Below, one piece after another: positions 24,571-29,052 of a DNA stretch of 29,052 bases. The stretch lies in IMG/VR virus record IMGVR_UViG_3300012663_000143, positions 1 through 29,052 of that record. One strand, given 5' to 3'. Numbering within the stretch: the stretch's first letter is position 1; each line of letters starts with the position of its first letter. Source of the stretch: a virus (lineage: Duplodnaviria; Caudoviricetes). Below the pieces are notes generated by a model. The model was not told the origin of the DNA. It saw only the letters and a list, made by a program, of their open reading frames with translations, and did not search any database. The translations under genes were made by a program, and so were the position numbers.

Positions 24571-26011
24571 TGATCATGTCGTTGTTGCTTAACCTAACTT
24601 GAAGCTGTTGTCTGATGAGGTGCTTGTTCCTCTCTCTCTGTATGTCAAAGCTGTTGTTCATGACATTACAGCTGATATAGTCACCTAACACATACTCACA
24701 GTTCACAAAGGTAACTGGAGCAATGTAAGTCTGTGGTGAGGTCACCAACTCTTGGAAGTAGTATGCCTGTGCCTCTGTCATCCAGTTGGTGTTGAGGTCA
24801 ATGGTCTTAGCTACTTGAGTGTTGAAATTAACAGTACCTTGTTCATAACTTTTGTACTGCCACTCAGCACCACTCACAAAGCCAGGCACATCCTTGTTGT
24901 ATGTCTCTCTCTTGATGTTCAGCTTCTCATAGCTTCTCAGCTGGAAGGCAAAGCTGCTCCATGAACCCATACGGTCAAGGAACAAGATGTTGTACTGTGT
25001 GATGGCTGGTCTCCTGTCTATTGTTATCTCATAAGATAATGACTGTACAGGGTTGAACGCTCCATCACTATACCACACTTGATATATCTTAGTGCTATCC
25101 TTAATCAAGGGAGCTGTGCCACTCACTAAGGTAAGTGAGCCAAAGTTGTTAGGACCAACTGCCACACCCTTGATGTAGTCACCTCCTGCAATATCCTTGT
25201 AGAATAGGTCACCGTTGTCATTCTCAAAGTACACTCTCTTGTTGATGCCTATACCGTCACCTCTAAGGTTGAGCCATAAGTCTTGACTTGGGGTGCAGTT
25301 GAATGTCTTAGGCTGGTTGGTTAGCCATGCCTTATTCACACCGTCAAGCTCATAGTCAGTCTCATCCCAGTTAGGCATCTCAAGCCATGGTTGCACACCG
25401 TTGAACACATACTTGTCAAGTGTGCTCACTATGTTTAGGTTGACCGTCTTCCTATTGTCAGCATACTTCACTACACCGTTGATGGTTGCATCTGTTACAT
25501 CTGCCCATAGTGCATTGATTGTGAAGTTAGTCGTGCCTGTGATTGCTATCACTGTATGCAGTCCTTCCACTCCAGGATTAGCAACACCACCATCTGCTTG
25601 TGTGATGTTCACCTGATCACCTACTTGGAAGGGATGAGTCGCTGTGATGCGTACACTCCCACCATTGTCAACCAGTGATGCTGTATAGCTTAGGTCAAAG
25701 ATGTACTCCTCACCTATCTTGATGTCATAGTTATAGTAGCTGTTCACAGCATCATAAAAGGTCAACACTGTAGGGTCAAAGTCAAAGCTAACCATGTTGC
25801 TCAGTAACTTACTTAAGTCCTGCTCACCATAGCCAGTGCCAAATGTTGGCAGTGCCTTGTAGTATCCTATCCTGTTTGAAGTGCCTGCCTCAAACACCTC
25901 AAAGATGTACCTGAATCCTGCCTTGTTCAAATTGGTCGAGTCCACTATGAACTTGCACTCATTGTATGCAGGAGTGAAGTCTTGAGGCTGTGCTATGAAT
26001 GTTGTTGCCAT
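24563..26011 (-). CDS. Tail structural (distal tail-like) protein with inserted beta domain
   Basis: 482 aa; FLDRMGSWSSFAF, LNTNWM, ELVTSP motifs; HPFQVGDQVNIT insert. Confidence 0.7.
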   Translation of the reverse strand: MATTFIAQPQDFTPAYNECKFIVDSTNLNKAGFRYIFEVFEAGTSNRIGYYKALPTFGTGYGEQDLSKLLSNMVSFDFDPTVLTFYDAVNSYYNYDIKIGEEYIFDLSYTASLVDNGGSVRITATHPFQVGDQVNITQADGGVANPGVEGLHTVIAITGTTNFTINALWADVTDATINGVVKYADNRKTVNLNIVSTLDKYVFNGVQPWLEMPNWDETDYELDGVNKAWLTNQPKTFNCTPSQDLWLNLRGDGIGINKRVYFENDNGDLFYKDIAGGDYIKGVAVGPNNFGSLTLVSGTAPLIKDSTKIYQVWYSDGAFNPVQSLSYEITIDRRPAITQYNILFLDRMGSWSSFAFQLRSYEKLNIKRETYNKDVPGFVSGAEWQYKSYEQGTVNFNTQVAKTIDLNTNWMTEAQAYYFQELVTSPQTYIAPVTFVNCEYVLGDYISCNVMNNSFDIQRERNKHLIRQQLQVRLSNNDMING

Positions 26012-26023
26012 ACCTATATTGTA
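26012..26023 (-). promoter_or_regulatory. Late promoter motif, copy at tail operon
   Basis: TACAATATAGGT immediately before ATG 26011; AACA 15 nt upstream. Confidence 0.8.
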
Positions 26024-26040
26024 TCTTAGAATGAATCCTG

Positions 26041-27192
26041 TTAGAAGGCAAGGTATGAGTCATCAGTGTAGTACTCCTGCTTGATGTATGTCGCTGCATA
26101 TCGGATGGCATCCATGGCATCATCCCACAGCTTGACTGGTTCATCTGTGATGGTGTCACCTATTTTCTTCCACTTGTAGTTCTCATACTCCTTCTTAAGT
26201 GCGGGGTGGTCCTCACATATCACTCCAAAAGTCTTGATGTTATCTATACCTTTCTTCACTACCTTGTTGGCATTCTCAATGTAGTACCCTGCCCTATCTA
26301 TCTCAGCAATGGTCTCTGGTCTTGAGTAGTCAGCCAGTATGTTCACACTCTTGTCAATGCCTAACTGGTCCATGCGAGCGATGAGGTCAGTGGTGGTCAA
26401 GTAGCTCTCATAGATCACTGGCTCAATGTAGATGTCCTTGTCTCTCCAGTACACTCTGATGAGTGCAGTGGGGTGGTTGTACCCGAAGTCAAGCCCATAG
26501 ACAAAGGATGTGAACTTAGCAGGTCTATGCTTGACAAAGGACCAGTTGCTGTAGATGTTGCTCTTGCTAATAGCTTTCTCTCCAAGTGCGTATATTTGGT
26601 ATTGTGCCTCATCTGTCCTCTTCAAGTCCTCTATCTGTCTCTTGATGCTATCTGGTAGGAACGGGTTGTCCTTGTAGGTTGACTTGATTAGGATGCTTTC
26701 CTCAACTGGTAGTTCATACAGCCATGAGTTGCTTTCACTTGGGTTGTAGTCAAAGATTAGCTTTCCCTCTGTCCTCATGTTCAGCTGAGTGAAGTCATCA
26801 TAGTACAGCTCATTGGCTTCATTGCACCATGCAAGGTCTCTCTTCCTACCTCTTATCTTTTGCTCATCATCCACTGAGAAGAACTCCACTATGGACCCAT
26901 TGTCAAAGGTGTAGATGTGCTCACTCTTATTGTGCTTGCTTACCTCATAGATATCTAAGTCCTTCATGATCTCAAGGAAGTCCCTCATCACTGTTGCTCT
27001 GAGTGCAGGGAAGGTCTTGCGTATGATGCTGACCACCTTGCCTCTGTTCTGCAGGCAGTAGACAATTATCAGCTGGCATAGGCTGTAGGTCTTGGATGAC
27101 CTTGAGCCACCCTCATTGATAATGAATCTGTAGTCTGGACTGTTGAGGGCTTCGTAGTTCCTCTCGAATATCACTGTGCTCTTTATCTCCAT
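26041..27192 (-). CDS. terL: Terminase large subunit (PBSX/SPP1-like)
   Basis: GGSRSSKT Walker A, WCNEANE Walker B, DYNP, GLDFG and DDAMDAIRY nuclease motifs; ATG start at 27192. Confidence 0.95.
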   Translation of the reverse strand: MEIKSTVIFERNYEALNSPDYRFIINEGGSRSSKTYSLCQLIIVYCLQNRGKVVSIIRKTFPALRATVMRDFLEIMKDLDIYEVSKHNKSEHIYTFDNGSIVEFFSVDDEQKIRGRKRDLAWCNEANELYYDDFTQLNMRTEGKLIFDYNPSESNSWLYELPVEESILIKSTYKDNPFLPDSIKRQIEDLKRTDEAQYQIYALGEKAISKSNIYSNWSFVKHRPAKFTSFVYGLDFGYNHPTALIRVYWRDKDIYIEPVIYESYLTTTDLIARMDQLGIDKSVNILADYSRPETIAEIDRAGYYIENANKVVKKGIDNIKTFGVICEDHPALKKEYENYKWKKIGDTITDEPVKLWDDAMDAIRYAATYIKQEYYTDDSYLAF

Positions 27193-27256
27193 TGTGTGCA
27201 ATAGTTGACCTATACCACTTAATTAGTAGTATAGTAAGATTTATGTCAAAGATACA

Positions 27257-27670
27257 CTATTTAATAATAGTAACCTTAATATCATTTATTGCCTGACCTT
27301 GGGTGGTTGTATCCACTCGCTCAGTTAGGTTGTTTAGTCTCTGAGTTATGGAGGCATTGTACTGCCCTGTCATCCCTCCCTCAATTTGGTCTTGTCTGAT
27401 TGCTTCCTCTATGCGCGTGCAGATTGTCGTATACGCTGAATATCTCCCATCCGTATTAGCAAAGTAATCCTGCACTGAACTATTCATATCAGCAGCAAAG
27501 CATCTAAAACCTACTTGAGTCATTGGTCTCTCCAAAGGTACAGCAGTAGCCTCACCTGTCTTATTAGAAAGTGAGTATTGATATCGTGGGTTGTTCTTGG
27601 TCCATTCTTTGTACCTTTCAAACAATTCCCACATTGCCTCTGGAGTCTCTATGTGTTTATGCTTGGGCAT
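27257..27670 (-). CDS. terS: Terminase small subunit (P22 gp3-like)
   Basis: ETPEAMWELFERY, ERPMTQVGF, DQIEGGMTGQYNASITQRLNNL; directly upstream of terL; start reassigned to MPKHK. Confidence 0.85.
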   Translation of the reverse strand: MPKHKHIETPEAMWELFERYKEWTKNNPRYQYSLSNKTGEATAVPLERPMTQVGFRCFAADMNSSVQDYFANTDGRYSAYTTICTRIEEAIRQDQIEGGMTGQYNASITQRLNNLTERVDTTTQGQAINDIKVTIIK

Positions 27671-27929
27671 CACCTTTAGGTTTGCGTTTCTTTTTAGGCT
27701 TAGCAGTTGACTCTGGTATTGGTCCATCTATAGCTTTGTACTCTATGACAGTCACCTCTGGTGCAGTGGTAGTCACCACCTCTTCAAAGATATGCTTGAG
27801 TCCTATGCTGAAATAGTACTCTATCTTTGTCATGTCAATCTTAGCTGTTGACATTGCTCTTGTTCCTGTGTGCTTACTATAGACTTTAATAGTCTTATTC
27901 ATCCACTCATCCTTAATTTTGTAGTTCAT
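27657..27929 (-). CDS. Hypothetical protein with basic C-terminus
   Basis: 90 aa, overlapping neighbours in the packaging operon. Confidence 0.65.
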   Translation of the reverse strand: MNYKIKDEWMNKTIKVYSKHTGTRAMSTAKIDMTKIEYYFSIGLKHIFEEVVTTTAPEVTVIEYKAIDGPIPESTAKPKKKRKPKGDAQA

Positions 27930-28077
27930 TTTGTTGTATTATTATGAATATTAGATATGCTCCTAATGTTGCACCTGCAAATTTGTACAGCAGGTACATA
28001 TTCTCATTGAACAGTGCCAGCACCACACCCCATGCCAGGATGTAAGTAATTAGTCCTACTATGTCAACACTCTTCAT
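27913..28077 (-). CDS. Small two-TM membrane protein (54 aa, not in ORF track)
   Basis: MKSVDIVGLITYILAWGVVLALFNENMYLLYKFAGATLGAYLIFIIIQQNELQN; late motif abuts its ATG. Confidence 0.7.
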   Translation of the reverse strand: MKSVDIVGLITYILAWGVVLALFNENMYLLYKFAGATLGAYLIFIIIQQNELQN

Positions 28078-28606
28078 ACCTATATTGTATTTGTTTTATA
28101 TTTTGTTTTATTTCACGTATCAGGAAGTATGCAGATGTACTGTTGATGTCAAAGTACTGAGCAAGTGCAGTCTGAGTTGAGTGACCTTTGTCATAGTATG
28201 CTTCAAAGATAATCTTTTTTATCCTGTCATCCAATGTGTTCCTGTATATCTCAACCATTGCCTTCTTGAAGTTGTGGTCATTCTCAAGTTTTATCTTGTG
28301 CTCCATCTCTGTAGGGTCATCCAGGCAATCTGTTAAGTACTCCTGTGACCTGTAGATGTCATCCTTTTTAGTCCTGGAGCCTTGAGTCCAGATTAACTCA
28401 TACTTGATCGTGTTCAGTAGATAGCTCTTAGCCTTGTCTTGAGTCATGTCTGGTATGTTGACCTTCACACAGTGTAGATAAGCATTGTTGATGACTGCAT
28501 CTGCATCTATTGAGCTCGGTATGTTGAGTCGCTTGAGGAAGTGCTTTGTGTATTTGAGCACCTCATCATAGTTCCTGCTGATATATTGGTCAAGTATTAG
28601 CTTCAT
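28064..28606 (-). CDS. Sigma-70/ECF-like RNA polymerase sigma factor (putative late regulator)
   Basis: 180 aa; region-2-like YDEVLKYT...DADAVINNAYL...SYLLNTIK and region-4 HTH-like IIFEAYYDKGHSTQTALAQYFDINSTSAYFLIR. Confidence 0.65.
   Translation of the reverse strand: MKLILDQYISRNYDEVLKYTKHFLKRLNIPSSIDADAVINNAYLHCVKVNIPDMTQDKAKSYLLNTIKYELIWTQGSRTKKDDIYRSQEYLTDCLDDPTEMEHKIKLENDHNFKKAMVEIYRNTLDDRIKKIIFEAYYDKGHSTQTALAQYFDINSTSAYFLIREIKQNIKQIQYRYEEC
28078..28089 (-). promoter_or_regulatory. Late promoter motif, copy at packaging operon (inside the sigma gene 3' end)
   Basis: TACAATATAGGT immediately before ATG 28077; AACA 14 nt upstream. Confidence 0.8.
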
Positions 28607-28793
28607 ACCAGATTAGGAAGTCTTTGTACCACACCTTCCTCCGTACTCCAGAGCAAAAGCATTCTTTGTCACGTATGCCTGTTGCCTTCTGTTTGACTGC
28701 TCTGAGTTGCACCAGTGAGCTCTTCTTCATTGTCTCTACCTCTGGCAGGTTGAGAATGGTCTCTATGAGTTGTATATCAGTTTGTTCAAGCAT
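28590..28793 (-). CDS. Small CxC-motif protein (67 aa)
   Basis: Start reassigned to MLEQTDIQ; KECFCSG motif. Confidence 0.6.
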   Translation of the reverse strand: MLEQTDIQLIETILNLPEVETMKKSSLVQLRAVKQKATGIRDKECFCSGVRRKVWYKDFLIWYEANT

Positions 28794-28996
28794 ACGGCTG
28801 TGAGTGATGTGGCACAGGCCACAGTGAATGATTGTGAGTATATCCATGTGGACCAGAATGAGAGACACTTCCAGCATCCAAGTGCTGTATGTAGCCAGTC
28901 TGGTAGTATGAGTTTGGTGTCTATGTAGTCCTGGATGGGCTCGAAGTGAGTGAACCACCATGAGACTACTAATGGAGTGATGTAATTGATTATCAT
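28763..28996 (-). CDS. DUF1360-like small membrane protein with CxxC
   Basis: LGCWKCLSFW motif between hydrophobic segments. Confidence 0.65.
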   Translation of the reverse strand: MIINYITPLVVSWWFTHFEPIQDYIDTKLILPDWLHTALGCWKCLSFWSTWIYSQSFTVACATSLTAVCLNKLIYNS

Positions 28997-28997
28997 G

Positions 28998-29052
28998 GTG
29001 TAAATATAATCAAAGTTTTGTACATGACAAAGGGGAGCTGTTACACTCCCCT
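28998..29052. repeat. Terminal direct repeat, right copy
   Basis: Identical to 1-55. Confidence 0.95.

Noticed and set aside
27208-27254. Extra promoter before terL (TATAGGT partial late motif; TATCTTTG -7 match)
   Set aside because: The late motif lacks TACAA and the host-type element has no -33 partner; too partial to call
1-29052. Stop-codon reassignment, tRNA genes, introns or inteins
   Set aside because: Genes tile densely under the standard code with all three stops in use; no cloverleaf seen; terminase, primase and capsid are uninterrupted and of normal size

Overview
The window is an apparently complete, circularly assembled genome (28,997 bp unique; bases 1-55 repeat exactly at 28998-29052) of a small siphovirus-type tailed phage. 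The host is very probably Bacteroidota (Flavobacteriia-like), judged from TTTG-N19-TAnnTTTG promoters, A-rich starts without Shine-Dalgarno sites and a DUF3127-like SSB. Nearly all genes are on the minus strand. The early/replication arm (about 9500 to 65) holds a Zn-finger protein, a chain of micro-ORFs, a C5 methyltransferase, a DnaA domain IV-like protein, an iteron-containing origin, a primase-helicase, a PAPS-reductase-like protein, VRR-NUC, ERF, a YqaJ exonuclease, SSB and an HTH protein. The late arm (28996 to 9673) holds a sigma-like factor, terminase, tail genes, head genes, portal and lysis genes in a non-canonical order. I found no integrase, DNA polymerase, tRNA, reverse transcriptase or CRISPR array. 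Best leads: (1) five copies of a bipartite motif (AACA-N14/15-TACAATATAGGY), four abutting an ATG, suggesting a phage sigma factor driving leaderless late mRNAs; (2) a structured leader RNA on the primase gene whose loop is complementary to two repeats at the start codon; (3) a Fur-box-like palindrome above the first early promoter; (4) an inverted pair of paralogous genes whose promoter overlaps the capsid-operon promoter. All protein calls come from motif recognition by eye, not database searches.
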